This document shows positions 1 through 10,700 of a DNA stretch of 64,000 nucleotides, piece after piece. Origin of the DNA: Mobula hypostoma (lineage: Eukaryota); assembly GCF_963921235.1 (NCBI RefSeq), contig NC_086124.1, positions 22,692,001 to 22,756,000 of the forward strand, in the 5' to 3' direction. How positions within the stretch are numbered: position 1 is the stretch's first letter; each line of letters starts with the position of its first letter. A program made the translations under genes and the position numbers. The notes beneath the pieces were generated by a model, which saw nothing but the letters and a program-made list of their open reading frames with translations, was not told where the DNA came from and ran no database searches.

Positions 1-720
1 CTCTAGGAAAAGCAGTTCCTCCTCATCTCTGTCCTAAATCTACTCTCCTGAATCTTGAGGCTATGTCCCCTAGTTCTAGTCTCACCTACTTTCCTGCCTC
101 TATCTTATCTATCTCTTTCATAATTTTATGTTTCTATAAGATCTCTTCTCATCCTTCTGAATTCCAGCGAGTACAGTCCCAGGCGATTCAACCTCTCCTC
201 ATAGTCTAACCCCCTCATCAACCTGGTGAACCTCCTTTGCACCACTTCTAAAGCCAGTATATCCTCCTGAAAGTGATAATGAAGATGTGCTTGTCTTTAT
301 TAATCGAGGTACTGAGCTTGAGAATCAGGAAGGTTTCAGAAAGATGTCACTAACTTGCAAAGAGTGCAGAGGAGACCGAGGATGTTGCCAGGACTTGAGG
401 GACGGAGGTTGGTCAGGCCATAACTTTATTCCTTGGAACGCAGGACGCTGATGGGGTGGCCTAACAGAGTTGTATAAAACCATGAGGGGCACAGATAGGG
501 TGAATGCGCAAGGCCACTTTCCCCAGGGTGGGGAGAATGAAGAACCAGAGGGCAATTGGGTGAGAGTGGAGGTTTAATAGGGACCCAAGGGGCAACTTTT
601 TCACGCAGAGGGCGGGCTATGTGGAAGGAGCTGCCAGAGGAAGTGGTTGAGACAGGTACATGGACAATATATCAAAAAAACTCTTCTAAGAAATGCTGCG
701 AGGGAAACGCGGGTGGAAAT
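1..720. mobile_element. Two decayed CR1 fragments (1-~272 minus, ~305-720 plus)
   Basis: Similar to the CR1 ORF2 C-terminal DNA at 8000-8400. Confidence 0.7.
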
Positions 721-2085
721 CTAGGTCGGCATGAAAGAGTTGGGCCGAAGTGCCTGTTTCGGAGCAGTTCTGTCTCTATGACACCACGTCCCTGGTGCAG
801 GTCCCATTTCTGCACGACTATCCATACTTCCCCATCCCTCTCCCGTTATCCGCACCCCCCACCCTCCCTCCTCTCTCCGTGGCCTCTCCCGATCCATTCG
901 CCAACCAACCCCCACGGCAGAACCTCCCACCTCCTACCTACCCCACCTCCGGAGCGTCCGAGGGGAGGATGGTGCTTGCTCCGAGAGGGAACGGTGGACG
1001 ATGCACAGCCGGGGAGATGCAAGCGAAAATTTGCAAACTGGATTGATTCTCACATATTATTGACAGGAATTTGCAATTACTGACTTAGGACGTGGAAGGG
1101 AGCGGCTGCAGTGCGGAGGGACGCGGCCCACTATTTACCTGCAGCGGAGGATGCTTCAACCCCGTCTCCTCCGATACCTTCCTGCCTTCATCCCCAACCA
1201 TTGCCCAGCGGCCGATTGACAGGTGGTGCCCGGGGAGAGAGCCGGGGAGGGCGTGGCTTCCAGGTCTGTCGATCAAGAAGAGCCACGCCCTCCGCGTGGA
1301 CCCACCCTCACCGCTATTGGGTGGTCTGGGAGACGTCCCGCGGTTAGGCGCTCCATTGGATAACACGCCTGCCAGTAGTCAGCGGGCCAAGCGGCATAAC
1401 AGCGACCTGATACTCCATTGGATAGCGTGCCTGCCAGTCTTCAGCGGGCGGGGTAAACATCCCGAGATCCGGCGCCCCATTAGCCGACGTGCCTGCCAGT
1501 CTTCAATGGGTGTCGTCACCTGATAGGTCGATGCTCGGGAGGCCGGGCGGGAGAAGGAAAGGGGAAGTATCCGGGGAGCTTGAGGACCGAGGGAGGGTTC
1601 GGGGACCGTGGTACGGCGAATGAGGGCCTGCAGGGCCGCCCGTGTAGTCAGCGGGACCGGGGATCCGGGCCCGAGGGAAGGTCTCTGCCAGTATACCCAA
1701 CATGGCGATGCCGCCACGTCTCTACGCATGCGCAGCCAGTGATGTTTGCAGACCGTGATTAATTTGTTTGAAATACCATCGCGCTGATGCTCGCATCCAG
1801 GGTGATCAAAGGTCTGGGCTCCCTCCCCTAACTTCTTCCTTCGCCGTTTACCTTTTGCACCGATCACCACCCAGTTTATCACACAGTACACACTGTTCCA
1901 ATCTTGATAAGGGTCTGAGCCCGAAATGTCCACTGTTCATTTCCCTCCATGAATGCTGCCCGACCTGCTGAGTTCCTCCAGTATTTTGCGTGTATTATTC
2001 TCGATTAACAGTATCTGAAGAATCTATGGTCCAGCTCTGTCTGGCATTCTTTGCAGAGACAACACTGTGTCTTAGGCACAAATAT

Positions 2086-2414
2086 ACAAGTTCTATTTTA
2101 ACTTCATCAGTCCACAGGACTTGTTTCCAAAATGCATCAGGCTTGTTAAGATCTTCCTTTGAACCTTTAGAATAGAACTTTTTGGCTGCAATGAGCAAAG
2201 GCATGTTTGGAGAAGAAAGGGTGCAGAATTTCATGAAAAGAACCCCTCTCCAACTGTTAGGCACGGGGGTGGATCGATCATGCTTTGGGCTTGTGTTGCA
2301 GCCAGTGGCACGGGGAACATTTACTGGTAGAGGGAAGAATGAATTCAATTAAATACCAGCAAATTCTGGAAGCAAACATCACACCGTCTGTAAAAAAGCC
2401 GAAGATGAAAAGAG
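2086..2414. mobile_element. Tc1 transposase remnant with an internal inversion
   Basis: Minus strand: FWKQVLWTDEVKIEL. Plus strand: IELFG...HGGGSIMLWAC...YQQILE. Confidence 0.8.
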
Positions 2415-2416
2415 TG

Positions 2417-2549
2417 AACACGAGGAAAGCTGCAGATGCTGGAAATTCAAGCAACCACATCAAAGTTGCTGGTGAACGCAGCAGGCCAGGCAGCATCTCT
2501 AGGAAGAGGTACAGTCGACGTTTCCGGCCGAGACCCTTCGTCAGGACTA
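2417..2549 (-). mobile_element. Short Penelope-terminus copy with intact hammerhead core boxes (2513-2548)
   Basis: Near-identical to 24345-24478. Confidence 0.85.
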
Positions 2550-2869
2550 GAATTGAATTGATTTTATTACTTACATTCTTCATATACATGACGAGTAATA
2601 ATCTTTTATGTTATGTCTCTGTCTAAATGGCAATATAGTAAATTTTAATAAATAATATATACAACAGGATAGTCAATATAACATAGAAAGACAATTGAAT
2701 CACATAGTGGGTAAATGCTGTCTTCCTGATGTTCAGGAGAGTCAGTCTATTGTATCCGATGTGACTATCAGCCACTTGAACAAGAAATGTGAAGGAAATC
2801 ACAGAAATTAAAAGTATACAGTAAAGTTGGGATGGAGTTCGCAACGCGGCCGCCATACGCGGCAGAGTA

Positions 2870-4075
2870 CTTAGACCATCAGACACAGCAGCAGAATTAG
2901 GCCATTTGGCCCATCGAGTCTGCGCTGCCATTCAGTCATGGTTGACATATTTTCCCCTCCTCGGTCCCACTCCCTGTCCTCTGCCTGTAACCTTTGATGC
3001 CACAGCCAATCAAGAAAATATCAATCCCTGCTTTAAGTACACCCAATGACCTGGCAGCATGTGCTAATAAATTCCACAAACTCACCACCCTCGGGCTAAA
3101 GAAATTTCTCCGCATCTCTGTTTTAAATGGACACCCCTCTATCCTGAGGCTGTGCCCTCTTGTCCTAAACTCCCCCACCGTGGGAAACATCCTTTCCACA
3201 TCTGGTCTGTCCAGGCCTTTCAACATATGAACGATTTCAATGAGATCTCCCCTCATCCTTCTAAATTCCAGCGCATACAGGCTCAGAGCTAACAAACATT
3301 CTTCATATGAGAAACTTTTCATTCCCGGAATCATCCTTGTGAACCTCCTCTGAGCCCTCTCCAACGCCAGCACATCTTTTCTTTGATGAGGAGCCCAAAA
3401 TTGTTCACAATACTCAAGGTGAGGCCTCACCATCACATCCTTGCTGTTAAATTCTAGCACTATTGAAATGAATGTTGACATTGTATTTGCCTTCCTCACC
3501 ACCAACTTTACCTGCAAGTTATCCTTCAGGGTGTTCTGCACAAGGATTCCTGAGTCCCTTTGCGTCTCAAATTTTTTGGATTTTCTCCCCATTTAGAAAA
3601 TATTCTGTACATTTATTTCTTCTACTAAACTGACTATGCTTTTACCAACATTGTATATCATTTGCCACTTTCTTGCCCATTCTCTTAATCTGTCTGCAGC
3701 CCACCTGTTTCCTCAACACTATCTCTCTGTCTTTGTATGATCTGTAAACTTGGCAAGACAGCCACCTATTCCATCATCTAAATAATTGAAAAACAGCATA
3801 TAAAGGTGCGGTCTCAAAACCGACTCCTATGGAGGACCACTAGTCACTGGCAGCCAACCTGAAAATGATCCTTTTATTCCCACTCACTGCCTCCTATCAG
3901 TCAGCCAATGCTCTCACCATGCTAGTAACTTTCCTGTGATACCACGGGCTCTTAACTTGGTAAGCAGCCTCATATGTGGCACCTTGTCAAAGGCCTTCTG
4001 AAAGTCCAAATATACAACATCCACTACATTCCCTTTACCCATCCTACTTGTAATCTCCTCAAAGAATTCCAACAG
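2870..4075 (-). mobile_element. CR1 LINE fragment
   Basis: VYLDFQKAFDKVPH (3914-4138) and [14 protein letters not shown]...FFSPRVVSLWN. Confidence 0.9.
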
Positions 4076-4410
4076 GTTTTTCAGGGAGATTACAAGTAGG
4101 ATAATTAAAGGGGATGCAGTGGATGTTGTATATTTCAATTAGCTTTGTATTAATAGTTCAATAGTATTAAGTGTTGTTTGGTAACTGGAAAGACAATATA
4201 GAGTACTTTGCAAAAGTCTTAGCTATATATATGTACAGTATTGTATTATGAACAAAGTTATTTGAATTTATATTTGGAATTCTGTTAGGAATAAAAATTA
4301 TTTTTAAACTATCTTTCTAAGTATACAAAATCATACTAAAATATTTACAAAGGGAGGGAAAGAATTGTCAAGAGTTTCAAGGTCCATTCCAAACCCCGTA
4401 CTCCACAGGT

Positions 4411-4496
4411 TGCTGGGAATTGTAGTTCATGGATCGGAGGCTGCCGGGATTGTAGTGCGGTAATAGCTGTGACTACGTTTCCCGACGTGCATTGCG
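4411..4496. promoter_or_regulatory. GPKOW promoter: three ACTACA/SBS-type motifs (ZNF143 / THAP11-HCF1 class)
   Basis: tgctgggaattgtagttc (reverse complement GAACTACAATTCCCAGCA) at 4411-4428; gccgggattgtagt at 4443-4456; gactacgtttcccgacgtgcattgcg at 4471-4496. They lie just upstream of the ATG at the edge of a CpG island. Confidence 0.75.
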
Positions 4497-4548
4497 GCAT
4501 CCGCGCCTGCGCCCTGCGTGTGTCCAGAGAGGGCCCGGGACAGAGGCG

Positions 4549-4712
4549 ATGGAGCAGCCGCCGGAACCGCAGCGAGAGGAGCCCGAGGCTGAGCGGGGAC
4601 CCGTCTCCTTCGGCTTCACCCGCACCGTCAGCAAACCGCGGGTGAAGGAGGCAGTGGAGTCGGAGGCCGAGAAGGAGACGGTGACCGGCGTGGAGGGCGG
4701 GGAGGTGCTGAG
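4549..4712 (+). CDS. GPKOW: GPKOW coding exon 1 (MEQPPEPQ...SFGFTRT...GEVL)
   Basis: ATG at 4549 in context gcgATGg; donor AG|gtgagc. Confidence 0.9.
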
Positions 4713-7700
4713 GTGAGCAGCGGCCGGTGTCCGGGGGGTGGGGGGGAGATCGGGGTGAGACCCAGGGTCCGAGGTGGGGATCCGGGTAGGTGGGGGTGAG
4801 ACCCGGAGTCCGGGAGTGGGAGAGACCTGTGCTGGTGGATTGAGGGGGCGAGATAAGATTGGGGTGATCGATTGAGGGGGAGACCCTGGGTGGAGGGTGA
4901 TGAACTGGGGATGAGCCAGAGTCCGAGGAGGTGATCGGGGAGGGGGCGAGACCCTGAGTCCCGGGAGGGGGAGTAACCCACAGACCCGGGTGGTGGATTG
5001 AGGATTGATGGGGGGGGGGCAGATCCAGAGTTTGAGGAGGAGATTGGGGGAATGAGACTCAAGAGTCTCCGGAGGGATCGGGGTAGAGACCTGGGGTGGT
5101 GAATTGAGGGGATGACAGAATCAGAGAAGATCAGGGTTGGGGGAGGGCGAGCCCCACAATCCCAGGAGAGGGAGAGGGAAGTGTGAGGGGAGGGTTCTGT
5201 CCCTCGCACACATTCTCTTCCCCCAGGGCCCCCTTCATCCTAATCCACCCCCCCATCCCATACACTCCCTCACACTCAACTCCCTCTCCTATCTCTCAAT
5301 ACTCCCTCTTCCTCCCTTTGCACATCCTCTGTCATAAATAACCCTCCACTAAATTTGCTCTTCCCTGAACTTAAGCAACGATGCTCCCCAAATCCATAAA
5401 CAAACCCCCCCCGCACGCCCTCTACAAAAAACACCCCCTCCCCTTTCTCCACGTCCCAGCTGTAATTATCTTTTCTCCCTCCATCTAAATTCTATCCCTC
5501 GGCATGTCCTTCCACCCCAAGGTGCTTCCTTTTCTCTCTCCCTCCCACATTTCTGAGGGTGTGTGAGAGAGAGGGAAGGTGCTGTGTTTATGTGTGGACG
5601 TGGGAGGGAACCGGAGCGCCCGGGGGAATCCCACGGGGACACGAGGAGGGAGAACGTGCGTATGCAGTTTGCACGTTCTCCTTGTGACGCCTTGTGTGTT
5701 TCCCCCATGGGTGCTCCAGTTCCCTCCCACATCCCAGCGAATGTGTTGGGTTAATCGGCTGCTTCCTGGGGTGTATGAGATAGGGGAGTGTCAGTGTGGA
5801 CACGAGGGGGAGTTGATGTACATTTGTAGCAGAGCCTGGTTCCGGGGCCACGGGGATTCAAGAGGGATAGAGGTTAGTAGGAGGACGAGAGCATTGGGGA
5901 GTGTTGGGGCTGAGAACGTTCAGAGATCTGTGGCAGGGTTGGGGAGAGAGTGCAGAAGAGGTGCGAGAGGAGAGGGTATATCTGCATGAGGGACAGAGGA
6001 TTTACGGGAAGGAGGGAGGGACAGAACAGGCTCGAGGGAGGAAGGAAGTCATTGGGTATAAGGGACGGAGGGTGGGGTGTGGGAGGGAGAGGAAAATGGG
6101 AGAATCTCATGATGGACGGGCCTGCTGATGGATGGAGAAAGGGAGGATGTTTTTTATAGAGAGAGCGCTGAGGGCAGGGGTCTTTTATGGACTGGGGAGC
6201 ATCATTCTATAAGGTTGGGGGGGTATTTAGTGAAGAGCGTGTTGAGGGGTATTAATGGCAGAGGGTGTGCTAAGGTGGGGGGAGGTATTGAGGGATAGAC
6301 AGAGGGTGTATAGGACAGAGGGAATACTGAAGGGGGATTTAGGATGAAGGGGTGCTGGGGGGGTAAGGGAATGTGTGTGAGGAACAGAAGATGGAAGGAG
6401 TGATAAGGTGGGGTTTGGGAAAGAGGGATAGAAGTTAGGAGGGAAGACAAGAGAATTGGTGAGGTTGCATCCGCCTAATTTGTGTCCATTCCTCTCTGAT
6501 TTCCTCCGCTGACCCATGTCTGTCCCTCTCTCACTCCCCCGCAACTAACTGACCTCTGTGCCTTTCCTCTCCCTTCCCCCACTGACCTGTGTCCGTCCCC
6601 TCCCTTCTTCCCCGATTGAACTGTGTCTGACCTCTCTCCCTTCCACCATTGACCCCATTTGTGCTTCTGTCTTCCCCTGCTAATCTCATGTGTCTGTCTC
6701 CCTCTCCCTTCCCCATTGTCTTGTGTCCGTCTCCCTCTCCCTTCCCCATTGACATGTGTCCGTCTCCCTCTCCCTTCCCCATTGACATGTGTCCGTCTCC
6801 CTCTCCCTTCCCCATTGACATGTGTCCGTCTCCCTCTCCCTTCCCCATTGACGTGTGTCCGTCTCCCTCTCCCTTCCCCATTGACATGTGTCCGTCTCCC
6901 TCTCCCGTCCCCATTGACGTGTGTCCGTCTCCCTCTCCCCATTGACTTGTTTCTGCCTCCCTCTCCCTTCCCCATTGACTTGTTTCTGCCTCTCTCTCCC
7001 TTCCCCATTGACTTGCGTCCGTCTCCCTCTCCCTTCCGCATTGACATGTGTCCGTCTCCCTCTTCTTCCCCATTGACTTGTGTCCGTCTCCCTCTTCGTT
7101 CCCCCATTGACTTGTGTCCATCTCCCTCTCCTTTCCCTCACTGACCTGTGTCCTTCTCCCCTCACCCTTTCCCCCACTGACCCCATTTGTCTGTCTCCTG
7201 TCACTTACCCCCGCCAGCCTAAAGCCGCGGGAGAAGCCCCGGGAACTGATCGTGCCCCTCATCCGGAAGAACCGTTGGCACAAGCCGGATTCAGGGGCCA
7301 TAGCGACGGAGGAGAAGGAGGCAGGGGAGCAGGAGGACCCCGAGGTGCTGTCCAAGGCCGTGCAGGAGCTGATTGAAGGTGCGGAGAGTGGACTGGTGCC
7401 TGATTTGGGTGGAGTGTCCGCAGACCCCCTCAGGGCTGGCACTGTGGGTGGTGGGTGTGCCAAGGGTCCCGGTGAGGATAAGGCTAATTTTTGAGAGTGA
7501 CCTACCTCCACTCTCCCACTCTGTGTTTGACCCTGGACAGAATGAGAGTCTGTTCCTCCTCATGACAGATCCTATGCCGGGCCACGGACAGACAGCTTGC
7601 CATATTGGCACTGAACCACAATCAGCAGGCTCCAGTACTCCACCGATTTACCGCCCTTTGGCTATAAACTTCCTGGGTGGCAGTGTTAGCAGTGAGGAGG

Positions 7701-10700
7701 ATGCTAAGAGGATGCAGGGTGACTTGGATAGGTTGGGTGAGTGGGCAAACTCATGGCAGATGCAATTTAATGTGGATAAATGTGAAGTTATCCACTTTGG
7801 TGGCAAAAATAGGAAAACAGATTATTATCTGAATGGTGGCCGATTAGGAAAAGGGGAGGTGCAACGAGACCTGGGTGTCATTATACACCAGTCATTGAAA
7901 GTGGGCATGCAGGTACAGCAGGCGGTGAAAAAGGCGAACGGTATGCTGGCATTTATAGCGAGAGGATTCGAGTACAGGAGCCGGGAGGTACTACTGCAGT
8001 TGTACAAGGCATTGGTGAGACCACACCTGGAGTATTGTGTGCAGTTTTGGTCCCCTAATCTGAGGAAAGACATCTTTGCCATAGAGGGAGTACAAAGAAG
8101 GTTCACCAGATTGATTCCTGGGATGGCAGGTCTTTCATATGAAGAAAGACTGGATGAACTGGGCTTGTACTCGTTGGAATTTAGAAGATTGAGGGGGGAT
8201 CTGATTGAAACGTATAAGATCCTAAAGGGATTGGACAGGCTAGATGCAGGAAGATTGTTCCCGATGTTGGGGAGGTCTAGAACGAGGGGTCACAGTTTGA
8301 GGATAGAGGGGAAGCCTTTTAGGACCGAGGTTAGGAAAAACTTCTTCACACAGAGAGTGGTGAATCTGTGGAATTCTCTGCCACAGCAAACTGTTGAGGC
8401 CAGTTCATTAGCTATGTTTAAAAGGAAGTTAGATATGGCCCTTGTGGCTACAGGGGTCAGGGGGTATGGAGGGAAGGCTGGGTTCTGAGTTGGATGATCA
8501 GCCATGATCATAATAAATGGCGGTGCAGGCTCGAAGGGCCGAATGGCCTACTCCTGCACCTATTTTCTATGTTTCTATGTTTCTATGTTTCCTCCTCATC
8601 TCTGTTCTAAATCAACATCCTTGTATTCAGAGACTGTGCCCTCTGGTGCTAGACTCTCCCACTATAGGAAACATCCTCTCTGCGTCCTCTCTATCAAGGC
8701 CTTTCAATATATGTAGTGTCATAAGACGTTGCCAGTCACGCTCTTTCCTTGACCGTGATTGCTGTTGGCAAAGTCTTTCTACTGAAGTGGTTTCCTGTTG
8801 ACTTCTGGGCAGTGTCTTTACAAGATGGGTGACCCCAGTCTTCAGAGGCTGTCTGCCTGGTGCCAGCGGTCACATACCCAGGACTTGTGATCGGCACCAC
8901 CTCCTCCCACAGTTTCACGTGACCTTGATCCGGGGGGAGGCGGGGTGGCTGAGCCTTGCCCAAGGGTGACCTGTAGGCTAGCAGAGGGAAGGAGCGCCTT
9001 ACACCTCCTTTGGGGGAGATGTATCTCATAGAACATAGAATAGTACAGCACAGTACAGGCCCTTCAGCCCACAATGTTGTGCTGACCCTCAAACCCTGCC
9101 TCCCATATAACCCCCCCACCTTAAATTAAATATACCTGTCTAGTAGTCTCTTAAACTTCACTAGTGTATCTGCCTCCACCACTGACTCAGGCAGTGCATT
9201 CCACGCACCAACCACTCTCTGAGTAAAAAACCTTCCTCTAATATCCCTGAACTTCCCAACCCTTATGTTAAATCCATATCCTCTTGTATTGAGCAGTGGT
9301 GCCCTGGGGAAGAGCACTGGCTATCCACTCTATCTATTCCTCTTATTATCTTGTACACCTCTATCACGTCTCCTCTCATCCTCCTTCTCTCCAAAGAGTA
9401 AAACCCTAGCTCCCTTAATCTTTGATCATAATCCATACTCTCTAAACCAGGCAGCATCCAGGTAAATCTCCTCTGTACCCTTTCCAATGCTTCCACGTCC
9501 TGCCTATAGTGAAGCGACCAGAACTGGACACAGTACTCCAAGTGTACTACCCTATCTACCTGTGAGATTTTCTCTGTAGAAAACTTTGGCAGGAACAGAC
9601 TGTGAATGTTCACATCATACGACACTTCACAGAATGATGATGTCATATAACACAGCACAGAATGATGATGTCATATGGCACTGCACAGAATGATGATGTC
9701 ATACGACACAGCACATGATGATGATGAAAAACGACCTGTGTACACAGGGTGGTTCATATATGGAGCGAACCATCAGAGGAACTGGTTGAAGCAGGTGCAT
9801 TAACAACATTTCAGTGACACTTCACCAGGTACATGGATAGTAAAGGTTCAATAGTCTTCTCAATAGGGTAGAAGCTGTCTTTGAGCCTGGTGGTACATGC
9901 CCGCAGGCTTTTGTATCTTCTGCCCGATGAGCGAGGGGGAGAAGAGGGAGTGTCCAGGGTGAGAGGAGACTTTGATTATGCTGGCTGCTTTACTGAGGCA
10001 GCAGGAAGTACAGGTGGAGCCCATGTGGTAGGAAAGCAGAGGAGGGATTTGGGCTGTAGGTTTAGACTGGGGGCACCGGGAACACTCAGCAAGCCAGGAC
10101 GGAGTCATCCACTCAATCAGCACCCTGCCCACCCCCTGAAATGCTCCCTCCTTCCATCTGTACTCTATACAGAACACACCAGGGCTGGGGAATTGAGAAT
10201 GAGAGATTGGGTGAGAGAGGGGCAACTTTTTCACCCAGAGGGTGGTCCGTATATGGAAAGAGCTGCCAGAGGAAGTGGTTGAGGCAGGTACAGGAACAAT
10301 GTTTAAAAGAGATGGGTATGTGGATTGGAAAGCTTTGATAGTCTTCTGACAACGGGATAGAAGCTGTCCTCGAGCCTGGTGGGACATGCTTTCCGGCTTA
10401 TGTATCTTCTGCCCAGTGGGAGAGGGGAGAAGAGAGAATGTCCGGGGTCTTTGATTATTCTGGCTGGTTTACCGAGACAGAGGGAAGTGCGGACAGAGTC
10501 CATGGAGGGGAGGCTGGTTTCCGTGACATGCTGAGCTGTGTCCACAACTCTCCGTGGTTTCTCACAGTCACGGGCGGACCAGTTGCCGTACCGAGCCGTG
10601 ATGCATCCGGATAGGATGCTTTCTGTATTCATCGTTAAAACTTGGTGAGGGTCTATGCGACCAATATTCTCAACATTCCCAGCAAATTCACTGCCAAAGT

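Noticed and set aside
1139-1200. LKHPPLQ before a donor site, resembling the eIF4E KHPLQ motif
   Set aside because: The match is short and imperfect, with no downstream eIF4E exons in the window.
4713-7217. G-rich versus C-rich blocks at intron ends acting as splice-site-bridging duplexes
   Set aside because: The polarity is inconsistent across introns of the three genes; general low-complexity skew explains it better.
6475-7511. 326/210/172-aa repetitive ORFs
   Set aside because: They arise from the 33-bp minisatellite plus the antisense of GPKOW exon 2.
7373-8488. 371-aa ORF as a host gene
   Set aside because: It is a CR1 ORF2 C-terminus fused by chance to intronic sequence; 5'-truncated, with a CR1 tail.
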